Shown here: positions 38,674-51,282 of the stretch, piece after piece
Layout: every line of letters starts with the position of its first letter
Position numbering within the stretch: position 1 is the first letter of the stretch
Assembly: GCA_026026165.1 (NCBI GenBank)
Contig: JAPEUD010000042.1
Span: 124,001-188,000 of the forward strand
Length of the DNA: 64,000 bases
Origin: Sarea resinae
Taxonomy: Eukaryota
Reading direction: 5' to 3'
Position numbers and translations under genes: made by a program
The notes under the pieces: model-generated
Seen by the model: only the letters and a program-made list of their open reading frames with translations
The model's database searches: none
What the model was told of the DNA's origin: nothing

Positions 38674-39958
38674 TCAACGGGTATAGGTGACACTCCACTC
38701 CTTCGTCTGCTTGATGATCATCGCCTGAGAGTCGCTACTTTGCTGGCTCACGGCATCATCCTGCTCCGCCTCGACTCGGCTCGTGACAGCAGTTTCGTGA
38801 TCATAGACCTTAGCTTTCGGGTACTGCCGACCAGGCAGTGAGTTTCTGATGGTACCGTGATTGCTAGTCACCGTGCCCATGGCGTAGCTCTCGTTGCGCG
38901 TCGATGTTCCATACTGCGTGGCGGCGCCGATGACGCCCGAGAAATACCCTGCCTGCACGCTGTCCACGTAGGGCCGGAGGTACGGGATACACGCAGCGAA
39001 GACCCCGAGACACACTTCGAGTTGCGTGGTGACGAGAAGGGCGAAGGAGCGGTGCGTGTAGTCTGAGCCTCGGAAGGCATGCGGCAAGAACGCAATACGG
39101 CAGATGGTCGCGCCTACGGTACTGTGAAAGTAAGCTTATCAGGGCCGATTGGGAGATGATTTCTCTCTGTGCGACATACAGCAGTCGGAAGGAAAACGCG
39201 AAAACGACGGCGAGTTTTTTGATGCGGGCTAATTGTAGACTGAAGACCATGGCGATCGGCACCGCGATAATGGCCAGATCTGTCACTATGTCGACAACTC
39301 CGATGGCGGTCCAAAAGGAGATCTCGTCATAGCAGTGGCCTGAAGTGAAGGCCCACGGATGCGGCAACGAGCATCGAAACGCAGCTGCTAGAAAGGCCGC
39401 AAGCGCCCACATGGCCACTATGACAGCGATGGCGAGGATGATCCGGCGATGGAGCGTGTTCGGCGTCAGCTGGTGAAGGGATAAAAGTGTGGAGGTCTTC
39501 GCAAAAAACAGAACTATTATGAACAGTAATGAGGCTGCATATCCGGCCTGCATATACAAAAAGTCAACAGACTCCCATGGCTTCCCTTAGACGTCGATTG
39601 ATTACCTTGTTGATCCCGTCAACCTGGGTACTGCTCAGAGCACGGAAGTGCTGGCCAAGTCCATCTCCAACTTGTACAGACACTGCTATCGTCTGGCCGA
39701 CGCCAAAGGCCTGGACCGAGTATCGTGAGAAGGGTTGCAAAAGTCAATGGCATAGCAGCATACCATGGCAGCAGTAATCAAGAGATCATCCCATCTGAAT
39801 TGGCGCAAAACAATGTACTTGGTCGTCAGGACAGTCAACACGGCAAGACACATGACGACCATGAGGATCCATGAAATAATATTTAGTAGCGGGCCATGAT
39901 TGGCTGCCGTGATGGATACTTTCCGGAGCTCCAGCGTCACCGGGCTGAAGGCGACCAT
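38674..39958 (-). CDS. PTH11-like (fungal rhodopsin-domain) integral membrane protein without CFEM
   Basis: RWDDLLITAA, GLGQH, AKTS, FRCSLPHPW, DIVTDLAIIAVPI, KKLAVVFAFSFRL, LEVCLGVFAACIPYLRP. Introns 39763-39711, 39605-39548, 39179-39122. Confidence 0.87.
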
Positions 39959-41316
39959 GACGGCATGCGCACAGCGCTGAAAGGATCGCTCTCATTCAAT
40001 TCAAGGGAAATCGATGATGGCCAGACGTGAGGAAGAGCGAAATAGCGACAGATTGCAAATAGCAATCAGATTCAGCGTAGACACGCAACGAGGTGGAAAA
40101 CACAGTCATCTTGAATATCGACCAACAAGCCAAGAGCTGAAGCGTGGGAGGCACGGTCGAGACTGCAACCCAACACGACCAGGCCCCAGCAAGATTGAAA
40201 GGTTAGAGTTCCCTTCGCCAATGCGGGCGCTGCGATGCATCTTTACCATTCTGGCACGATCTGACCGAGCAGCAGAGTGATAGAGTGCCATCGTGTGACC
40301 ACGGCCGCGACCAAGTCTGTATGTGAGCGGCGGAAGGATCAATGTCCAGCCATAGAGGGTAAGGAGAGAAGGAACGCGATGCCTGTTGCGAGCTGATAGC
40401 GAGTGATGGCAGATAGATCGACTCGAGATGAGTGGCGTACAATGGGCGCCCTAACAGCCAGACTTGCGCATCCTACCGGATCGGTCCCGATGGTACCATC
40501 TGTGCAGCGCAGATGGTGGTGGGGGAGGAGCAGGAATTGCCCGAAGAGGATCCCCTGCTCCATCTCTTCGCTAGTCGACGGTCGATTTGCTGCCTCGTCA
40601 TTCGCACACACAGCGCACATACGCACATACGGGGACTCGTCGCCCATTCTTGATCGAGTCAGGCAGGTCGAGGTACTCGGGCGGCACAGTGGGGTTGGCG
40701 TTGGTGATGGAGGGTGGTGGCGGGTGGTGGCGGGCAGTAAGGTATGATTGTTGATGCAACGTGATGGTGGTGGGTGAGGTGGTGATGGCCGTGGTTGCGA
40801 TATGCTTCAACGGTCAACACCACTGCGCAGTAGAGTGCACTTCATTCATTGGAGTGCGGACACTCCCTTGTGAGAACGTCCCCCACGCCGCCCCGGACAT
40901 AGCGCCATCTCCACTCCAACCCTACGGTGTCTTGTCTTCCATCGTATCGGTACTCGTCGTGCACGCCCATCTCAAGCATCTCTCTGCTGGCCATCCCGAG
41001 GATCGTCCATCCAAGCCTCCCGCCCCCTCCCTCCCTCGAATTGGCGGCGTGCTCGCGTCTTCCGTGACCGTTGGCCTCCCCCCTCCAGCTTCAATGCTTA
41101 CCTGTTGTCCCCGCGCGACCTTCTTCATGCGGGCAAGCACGCTTGCATGGATCGGAGGCGATCCAGATGGACGGGTTTTGAAGTTGTAGAAAAGTGCCCA
41201 TATCAATGTGCCCACCTGCTTCCTTCTTTTGCAGCTCTGGGTCGCCATCGTTGATCTTGTTTGTTTGCCTTGTTGAAGCTCCCCGTGGGCGCATTCATCC
41301 ATCAGGCATCGCAGTC

Positions 41317-43275
41317 ATGAATATGGGTAATGGCCATGCCGAGGCCTCGGGCGTCAACTACTATGACAATGGCAAGAGCCCCGTGCAGACACAGACGGCC
41401 AAGACGGAAGACTCGTTCTACGATCGCGACGAGCGAGAGATGGCTACTCTGGGGAAAAAGCAGGTGCTCAAGGTAAAAAGCCTGACGAAATAACGATGCC
41501 AAAAAAGGGAACCAGCTCTGAATTGTTTTCGGCAGAGGAATTTCGGCTTCATGAGCATGTTGGGTTTCTCATGCACGCTCATGATCACCTGGGAAGGTAT
41601 CTTCAGGTCAGCATAGTCATGCCATCAGCACAGCATATGGTGCTTGTGCGACTTGCAGCCTTCGAAGCTGACGAGCGGAAACAGCGTGTTTGTGGACGGG
41701 CTCGAGGATGGTGGACCGGGGGGCCTTATTTACGGGTACCTCTTTTGCTGGCTTGGCTATTTCGCCGTGTGTGCATCAATGGCTGAAATGGTCTCAATGC
41801 AAGTAGCTGCCGATCAATCAATATATCGTCAGCGTCTTACCAAGGCTGACTCTTCGCACAGGGCTCCGACTTCAGGCGGACAGTACCATTGGACCTTTCT
41901 GTTCTCACCACCGAAATATCGCAAATTCTTCAGCTTCATCACAGGTTTGTCTGTCTTCTCGTGAGAACGATCATCGATCTGAATGTATGATAAATAACAA
42001 TTACAGGCTGGCAATCCGTGCTCGCATGGCAAGCCTGCCTGGCAAGCGCGGCGTACCTGGCCGGGACCATGATTCAGGGTCTTATGGTGCTGAACCACCC
42101 TGACTACGACTTCAAACGCTGGCATGGCACGCTACTGCTGTATGCCGTCATGCTGCTGGCGCTGTTCTTCAACACGTATCTGGCGGACCACCTGCCCAAA
42201 GTCGAGGGCGCCGTGCTCACCCTTCACATCCTAGGCTTCTTCGGCATCTTGATCCCGATGACGTATCTGGCCCCGCACGGCAACGCGCACGATGTCTTTG
42301 CGACCTTTCTCAATCTCGGCGGCTATCACAGTATGGGATTGTCGTTCTTCGTCGGCATTATCACGACTGTTTTTGCCTTTCTCGGTACGTCACCTTCCCC
42401 CTTTACTCCCCCTTTCCCCCCCAATGGGCCAACAAGAAAGACGCAGCTAACCCCACCATCCCGCAGGCGCTGACGGTGCAGTCCACATGTGCGAAGAGAT
42501 CAAAAACGCCTCCACCGTCGTGCCGCAATCGCTCATGGCATCGATTGCACTCAACGGCGTGCTGGGGTTCTCGATGCTAATCGCGATCCTGTTCTGCGTG
42601 GGCGACATCCAAAACGCCCTCTCATCGCCAACGGGCTACCCATTCATCGAGATCTTCCAGCAAGCGACCGAGAGCACGGGCGGCGCCACGGCCATGGCGT
42701 CGATCGTGCTCTCGCTGATGATCTTCGCCACCATCGCCGTGCTGGCGGCCGCCTCGCGCATCATGTGGGCATTCGCGCGCGACAACGGGCTGCCGGGCTC
42801 GCGCTGGCTGCGCCGCGTCGAGCCGCGCACCAAGCTGCCGCTGTACGCCATCGCCTGCACGACGCTGATCACGCTGCTGCTGGCGCTGATCAACATCGGC
42901 TCGTCGGCGGCCTTCAACGCCGTCGCCTCGCTGCTGGTTGCCGGCTTCCTGGGCTCGTACCTGCTGCCCATCTCGCTGCTGCTCGGCAAACGCCTGCGCG
43001 GTGACGCCATCCCCTACGGGCCCTGGAAGATGGGCCGGCTCGTCGGGCCCCTGACCAACGCCTTTGCGCTCCTCTGGTGCCTCATCGCCATGGTCTTCTC
43101 CTTCTTCCCCACCACCGTGCCCGTCACCCTGCAGACGATGAACTGGTCCTGTCTCCTCTGGGGCGCCGCCATGATCTTTGGCGTCGTGTATTATATCTTT
43201 CGCGGCCGCTTTCAGTATCACGGCCCCATTCTGGAGACGAGTCTCATGGAGCAGATGCAGGGCATCGAGACGTAG
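41317..43275 (+). CDS. APC-superfamily amino acid/choline/GABA permease
   Basis: LGKKQVLKRNFGFMSMLGF, GGPGGLIYG, SMAEMVSMAPTSGGQYHW, HMCEEIKNA, SRIMWAFARDNGLP. Introns 41473-41535, 41607-41684, 41799-41861 (GC-AG), 41945-42006, 42385-42466. Confidence 0.93.
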
Positions 43276-43988
43276 GTAGTGGTGTGTAATTAATGCGAAA
43301 ACACCTCTTTTTTGAAGGGGTCCCGTCTTTTCTTCTCTAATTCTTTTCGACATCGGCCTCAGGGGCTGGTTTGCTCATTCATTGATAAGGGGTAAACTTA
43401 TTCCTTGGATGGTTTGACACCAGTAAATCACGATTTTCTTCACCCACATTCTTGTAGAATACTTATATCGTGCGAGATAGGAGTGTTATTTGAGTCGATC
43501 TCTCCAAGGTATCTAGTCCGATGAATGATATCCGTCTAGAGTAGCAACACCCCCTCCCGAACTCAGAAGACAATGATCCATATCAAGTACAGCAACGCGT
43601 CAACCCCACCACCCCCTCTCTCAAAGATGTTCCCTCTTTTCCTAGATTCCATCGTCATCTTCATTATCATCAAGATGCCATGTCGTATCAAACCAGCGCA
43701 AATCTCGCTGCCATCATGGCAGGCGAGTTCGACTCCCTGAGTAAATAACTCCCGTGGGCTTTTTTCAATCCAACCCAGCTCAATCCAAACGAAATTGGTA
43801 TCCATGCCTACGATGTCTCTTATTCCACAGAAATCCAACACCAGTTCGCAATGCTGCGGGAGTAGATAAATCAATCCAGGCCTCCAAAACACCTTTCCAA
43901 AATATAAAAAGAGGAATGCCCAACATCGACCAACGGACCAACCGAACGCGAAAAAGTCAAGAGGAGCAGAAACGATTTCAAGATCATA

Positions 43989-46900
43989 TCAGATCAATTC
44001 GGAATCTTTAGAGGGATAGAAATATGGATTGAAGCGATCCCAAGTCTGCAACTCGCACTCGAGCGCGGCATAATAGCACTCCATGAGCAGGCGCGGAAAC
44101 CTAATCGTCCAGAAATGCAGGTAGCCGTCCGGCAGCGGCCCGACGTGCGCCTTGACACTATCGGGCATGTCGTCATAATGACTCTTCTTGTTGCGCAGAG
44201 CCCGCAGCAGATCAATCATCTTGTGGCCGCTGTACTTTCGCTGTTTACCCAGAGTGTCGAGGAAGTCCCGAGGTAGCTGCTTGAGGAAGTCGGCATCTTT
44301 GATCACGTTCAATGCGTGGGATTCTAGGACTGCGGTGTGAGCGGCTTTGTACGGAGGGGGAATCTTGTCTTTGGGTCCGGATTCGAGGTGGTCTGAGATG
44401 TCGCAGAAGAAATTGAGTCGTTTGGTTGTTGACCAGAAAAACGGATGGAGCATTACTTCTTTGGCGGTAGGGCTGAAGATGGAGAGAATAATTAGCATCA
44501 TTGATAGGACTGAAGAACATCGGGTGACTCACCGTTTATGAGAATCAAGATGCAACATCATACTTATCAGATCTTTCGCCTCGTAGGCGTAGTCACCTAG
44601 CGTATCAAGAGGCGAAAGGTCGTACTTTCCATTGACGATGTTCAAATCTCTCGAAAGCTCGTCACGACCAAAAGCATGAAGTCCTCCACTCAGAACGTAG
44701 AAATAGACGAGACCAAGTCCAAATATGTCAATAGCTCTTGTTGCTCTTCGAGTGGGAGAAGATCCTACGATGACAGCTTCTTCGGTACTTGAGCTATGCG
44801 TGCTTTCCGAACCCGTTGCTGGCTGCGTCGAAACAGCGCCAACGAGAACTTCAGGAGCCCTCCAGCCAGTTGTTCCCGCCCCCTTGGCAGTCGTCATTGC
44901 GAATGATTCCTTGTCTTGTTCGAGCCTTTTACAGAGTCCGAAATCAGTGATCACAACGCGAGGCGCGACCAAAGCTCCAGGGTCGTCAGGAGAGCTGCGG
45001 CAATAGCCCACAAGTATATTCTTAGGCTTGAGATCTCGATGAACAATCTTCAGTGCGTGAAGATGACTGACACCTCTCGCCATCTGTAGAAGCATCTTTG
45101 GCAGATCCAGGTTGTAACCATCGTACAGTTTTGAGTTCTTCGTCTTTTCCTTGTCGAAGACGTCGGAAAGTGTAGCAGGAAGTAATTCCAATGCAAGGAA
45201 TAGAAATTCTTTGTTCTGCTGCTTGCAGAAGTAGCGGACAACGTTAGGATGGCCGTCGCTTTCCTGGAGCAAGCTCACTTCGTGCGCAGCGATATCGTAG
45301 TGACTCTTGAGCATCCTCTTGACCGCAACATCTCGCCCCTCAAACGAGCCTTTATAAACAGTGGTCCCCGAATTGCCAGTACCAAGCTCCTCTTCTGTAA
45401 TAATCAGATCACCAATCTTGGATGACCCGGAGGTGTCGGTGATATCACGAGGATTTGAGCCATCCACTCTAACCACGTCAGGCTCAATCGAAACATCATG
45501 CTGCATGTCTATGACCTCTTCAACAACACGATCAACCTCGGCGTTCGTTGCCTGTTCGGCCTGTGCTGCCTGCTCTTCCTGCCGGGCCAACCAAGCAGCC
45601 CTTCTGGCCCTCTTCTGCTGAACATTTTGCCCAGCTCTCTTTCCACGTGAGCGTCGTTTTGTAGCATTTACACCGTCTTCGTCGGCTTCAGTTTCAGGAC
45701 GTAAGGAATCCTGAGCAGCTTCGGGCTCAGCAGCCTCGATCGGCACTCCGGGCAGAATTCTCTCAGAAGCCGGCATTCCGCTGTTGGTAGAGGGAGCAAT
45801 GGCATTGGTCTTAATCCCGCCTCCCACATCCATTTCGGGAAGCTTATTGGCGTGATCATTGTAAGACAGTGGCTCCTGATCAGTGACGGAAGAACTGAGC
45901 TGAGAAGCCAAGGGCCCATCATCAGCCGTGAACCTCCGTGTCAACACAAACAACCTTCTAATCGACGCGACTATATTGTCAACTTCGCCCTTGTTCAAGT
46001 AAACTAGTATACCCGTGACAAAGATCACTACCACTAGCGCGATGTTGACTGTGCTCATCAAGGCGGATTCTATAGGGCGGCCACCATTCATGCCGGGCAG
46101 CGAAGGAATCGGTGGAGACTCTGAGAGCTGTTTGCGTGGCGTCCAATGGGTTTGCTCTATCTCTGGGCCAGAGATTGTGGCAAATGTATTCCGCAGGCCT
46201 TCGTGTTTGGAAATATAATGCACACCGACCAAGTTATGTCGTGATTTAGGCTGGTCCGACATGTCCCATCCGGAGATTCCGGCAGACCAGTCATTGCTAC
46301 AGCAAGGAGCCAGAGCTGCTCCTCCGATTACCAACGGATAATTGTCTTCAGACATGGCAAACCAGCCGCCACTCTCGGTGGAGTTGATGAAGATTCGTTT
46401 GCCGTGATCCAAGGAACCGTCGTTGATTTCGAATCCTTCTAGCGGTATTACCGGCTGGGGCAAGATGACCAATGAAGCGTCCCGCGCTTCACTGTTGAGA
46501 GGCCGCGCAACATCAAAGATTTGCGCAACAGGAGAGACCAGCTTCTGCGTGTACAATTTTCGTTGTTGATTGAGCGGCCCATGGTTGAAGCTGAAGAAAC
46601 TACCATCCGGTCTGGGATAGATGTAATTGTTGTCCATAGTGGTTTCGTACTGGCTATACAGATCCGTGTCTCTGTTGTTGGGCCCCCATTCCGCAAACTT
46701 CAAGGTGCACATCAGGTCCCCAGTATCTCTGTTCTGAATTCCGACAGTGTATTCAGTCCTCCCAATTATCAGGGTGCCACTGGAGCCACATTCCTCGTCG
46801 TCTAAGACTTCGAGTGCACTGACTCTGCGGCAGCTGCGCTCTTCATTGACCGATGACCCACTGGCGCTGAACGTCTTTAAAATCTTGCCGCTTGCCGCGT

Positions 46901-47618
46901 CGACAGTATACAGAGTTGTCTTTTTCTCCGCCGTATATACCACCGCCGGATTCTCTCCCGCATAAGGCGAAAGCCCTTCCACTAGCTTTTTCACGGTCAG
47001 ATCGAGTTTTTGCAAGCCCGCATCTGGCCCGGGAGTATAGATATAGAGCTTTCCATCCCGACTTGGCTCCACGATCCATTCGAAGTCGTTTTCAGGTTGG
47101 CGATCCCCATCCATCGAATCGTTCTTACGGTAATAGATCGTCTCAATCATAGGCTTATCCACCTCCAGCGTCCATCTTGCGGCGCCAGTATATCTATCCC
47201 GAGCATACAGGCTGCCATCCAAAGTTGCCAATAAAACGAGGTCCTCAACAGCCCAGTCCAGCAAGGATCGCGCCTGAAGCAGCGACGAGAGGCCGGCCGA
47301 TTGGCCGGTGAACCTTGCAGGAGGTGCTCTAGCGGCATCTTGTAGGGCTGCCGGAGCCAAAGTCGCGACGGCGTTCTCGGTGTGGGAGATCACTGCGGTG
47401 TCTTTGAGGAATTTATGCGAAGAATCGAAGTGCCGCCTTGCAAAGGCCGAAGCATCCTGCGAAGAGCAAGTGTCGGACGCGGCCGGCTCTCGGGGGGATT
47501 CTCCATTTTTGACTCGTTGCTGTTGCTGCTGACCAGCGACGAGAAGAGGTAATATGAACAGGAACGACAGGATGGCTGCATGTACGGCCCTGAGAGCGCC
47601 GGGTGGCCGACGCACCAT
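43989..47618 (-). CDS. IRE1: ER stress sensor kinase/endoribonuclease Ire1
   Basis: Signal peptide, luminal domain (LLATLDGSLYA), TM helix, kinase (VAVKRML, HRDLKPKNIL, DFGLCK, GTTGWRAPE) and KEN domain (DLLRALRNKKSHY). Intron 44532-44473. Confidence 0.97.
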
Positions 47619-49116
47619 GGTGTTCTACAATGTGGCTGTCGAGGCCTCAGCAGGCAGGTGAGACGGCAAGATCAGGTCATTCTCCACGTTAGGAAACCCC
47701 AATATATGATGGAGGTCGACAGACAACCACGAGGGACTGACAGCCTCAGGAACGATTGGGGAGGATTGACAATGATGATGAATGATTGAGACAGACTGAA
47801 CGAATGCTGCAGTTGAGTGATATTGATTGGAATAGATAGGTAAAGGATGTTCTAAAGTTCTAAAGGGAGGGAGGGAGGGAGGGACCTGAGGCTGGAGGTT
47901 GGAGGTTAGGTTCGAGGTTGTATTCGTACGCCGTAAGTTTGTATGTCATCGAGTACTGGTACCATAAGCAATGGACAACGGGTGCTCTCGTTAGGGCAGG
48001 CAGGGTGGGCGAGGGAGTACCGGTACCCAAATACTGTAAATGTCAAAGGTACCCGTCGTGAAAGAGTGCGTGGAATGTGGGTGAACCGAAGCCCTCATAC
48101 GGCAAGGCTGTGTGTCAGAGAGTTCTCCGTGAGGTACAGAGGAGTACTCGGTGTTTACTCGACACGACAAAGATGCGTGAGGTACTCCCTAGGTGCATAT
48201 ACTTCCTTGATGGGTCCGCCAGGGTTCGCCAAATTGAAACCAGACGGATCCTCGGGCGATCCCTCATACCCGCACTACCACAAAGAGGGCCGAGGGGCCC
48301 TAACCGTAACTGACCTTCACTACTGTACTATGTATCCAAAGAGGCAGAGTAGGAAAGAGTACCTTACTGGAGTAAACACCATGCATGTCTGACGAGAGTG
48401 GGCAATTCTTATGAGATCGAAGCACTCCATCTTGTTCATCTTGCAGGGACAAGAGTCGACGTAGCCACAATGGTGAAGAGACCACCGGTGTCGATGCCCA
48501 CCCAGGTGTCTATCTATCCGTCGGACTGTTATTGTTTGAACTTTGGAAGATTGCAGCTCAAGCCAGGACTAGTCTCTGATAAACTCGAGGTGGGCGTGTA
48601 GGAGGATAAGGTAGGCTATCGTACTTGACCTAATCTAGAGTACGGAATATCTTTGATGATAAGTCAAGGAGTAGGTATCCATGTCTCTCGGCTTGAGCAC
48701 GCTGAGATTGATCCCCCTTGCGTCTTGCTGGGATGGTAAGAGTCTGAAGAGATCGGAGTCAACGATTGTACGACACAAGGAGTTTCATCAGAAGAACGGT
48801 CGGGAGGTAGCATGGCTATCCGGAAGCTACCATTCAAATTCGAACCGTGGGGGAGATCTCTTTGGAAGAGATCTCCGCCACAACGGGACGAGCATGGCTT
48901 GGAGGACTATTACTTTGGTGCTCGCATCGCATCACCGGATAGAGAAGAATTCGCATTATGCCTCTTCGCTCATTGACAGGAGTCATCTAAACGCGGATTC
49001 ATTGTGTCTCTTTTGATCGCCATGACTGATATATGGTACATGAAAAAGGCGAAAAGTGAGTCTAGAACCAGTAATGTTTGAATGGCATGCGAAATATTGT
49101 GTCCCAAATCATCCAT

Positions 49117-50922
49117 CTACATCCTCTCTCTCTTTCGGGGCGCGCTGCGGATGATGTTGTCTACTCGGAGTAGCAACTAGGATCAATGTTAGCTCAAAAC
49201 TTGCGTCGAAGGAAAGAAGAGCCTTCATACCTCTGCCGCCTCTGCCGCTGAAGATACCACCGCCTTCTTCAACTTGTAACTCTCAATGACTCCTATCTCT
49301 CTCATATCTGCGATGCCGCCACCCGGAGTGAGAAGATCCAACCCGGAGCTTGTCATACCAGCGTAGACGGCTGATCGCAGCCTGGTCACGAGATCGCTCG
49401 AGTCAAATCCAGCGTTGTCGGCCAGGATGGTCGGCAACTGTCGGAGAGCCTTGGCGAAAGAGTCCACGGCAATAGCCTTCTTGCCGGCCACATTCTGGGC
49501 CGCTTGGTCCACAGCCTTGGCCATGACCATCTCAGCACTTCCACCACCGAGCGTGGTCCTTGGCTCTTTGACCGTTTGGGAAAGGACAGCCAAGGCATCA
49601 TGTAATGATCGATCAGCTTCGTCAAGGAGTTGCTCTGTAGCACCTCTCAACACGATCGTGCAGGCCTGCCCAGCAGCGACACCAGAGAATTTGATCAAAG
49701 TGTCCTCACCAATGATAACTTCTTCAATTGTATCACACTGTCCAAGCTTGACACTCTCTGGATGATCAAATGTTGAAGCAATTTCCCCTCCTGTCACGAG
49801 GGCCAGCCGTTCGATGCCGTCGAAGTCGGCGTGCTCGATCGACATGATGCCGGCATCCGAGAATAGCTGCTCTGGCCAATTGTAGATCAATTGTCGGTTA
49901 ACGAAACAGTTGATTCCGTGGGCCTTGATTCGATCCACTTTCGCCTTCATCTTCTCCTTCTCGGCCCTCTCGAGTTCTGCTAGCTTGCCCGTAGAGTCAA
50001 CCTTCACTCTGGCGCCGAAAATCTTGATTTTGTCGGTGTCCATTGCTATATTGCAGTCAGCAAATGTATCATCTACTCTGCTGTTGAAGAAGCCTACCAG
50101 TATTGGCAACGAGAATCTTCGCATTCTCTAATCTCTTCGGCTGGTTGACTCCGATCCGCTTGTCGAGGATGAACCCCTCATCCAGGTATGAATCGTTCAG
50201 CTTTCCACCCGCCTTCTTGATAATCTGTATGTGGCTGAGATCCGTCGATCCCCTCATTCTCAGAACGGCATCGACCGCTAATTCAGCAAAATGGTCTCGA
50301 TCCTGACTTAGCACTTTTGAGCTCAACGTCGTTCGGGCGATCGCAAGGAGGTCTTGTCGAAATGCTCCTATATCGTTACTGTTGTCTACTGCAGTCTCCT
50401 CCAACGCCTCTAGCGCAGCATTTGTTGCTATGCGGTATCCCTCGATGATAGTCTGTGGGTGGATCTTCTGATCGACAAGCTTCTCCGCTTCCCGCAGAAG
50501 TTCTGCAGCAAGTACTGTGACCGATGTAGTGCCATCTCCAACCTCATCGTCTTGGACTTTTGAAATGTTGACCAACACCTTCGCTGCGGCATTATCTAAG
50601 GCAATAGCCTTCAAGATCGTAGCACCGTCATTCGTAACCATGATCTCACCCGTTGATCTGTCATGCTTGTCAGCTCTGCTCACGCAGCATAGCTTTTCCA
50701 TGACTTACGCAGATTGTAAGATCTTATCCATTCCCTTAGGCCCTAGAGTGCTTTTCACTAAATCACCCACGGCAATCGCACCAACGAAAGCCGAAAGACG
50801 CGCATTTTCACCCTTCTCTTCGGTGACGTCGTCGGCGAAGATCTGAGTAGGATTGGAGGACGCCTAAAGTTCGATAAGCTATATTCCCAGACACCATTCG
50901 GTTCTTCGGGATGACATACCAT
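49117..50922 (-). CDS. CCT2: T-complex protein 1 subunit beta
   Basis: [48 protein letters not shown]. The first exon is ATG only; introns 50919-50864, 50708-50658, 50097-50046, 49230-49177. Confidence 0.96.
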
Positions 50923-51282
50923 CTTTGCAAATGACTGAAGGGTTAATGAAGCAAAAGTGAGGTGTATATTATTGTCCTGGAGCTCTCTTTGCTTCAACGC
51001 GACCAAAAGTTTCGGGCTCGCCAATACTAGCTACGGCGCGTGTCGGAGGCCGGACATGCAGCCACATTTGTAAGGGAAACTTGCATGGTGGTCCGCCATG
51101 ATCTCCGTATTATCTAGGCCATGGGACTGCCAAGTAATGGCAGAAGCGTGAGCAGCAATATTGCGGCGTTTCGTCACTACTATTCCTCGACCTAAACAAA
51201 CCACCATCATCGCTGAAGTGAAGTGAAGATATTCGAAGATTCTCTGGATTGCTACTCGCTGAACTTCCAACCTCCCACCAAG

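Noticed and set aside
48653..48753. Possible C/D snoRNA (TTGATGA...CTGA...CTGA with a short terminal stem)
   Set aside because: Box C is imperfect and I could not match either guide to rRNA from memory; snoscan would be needed.
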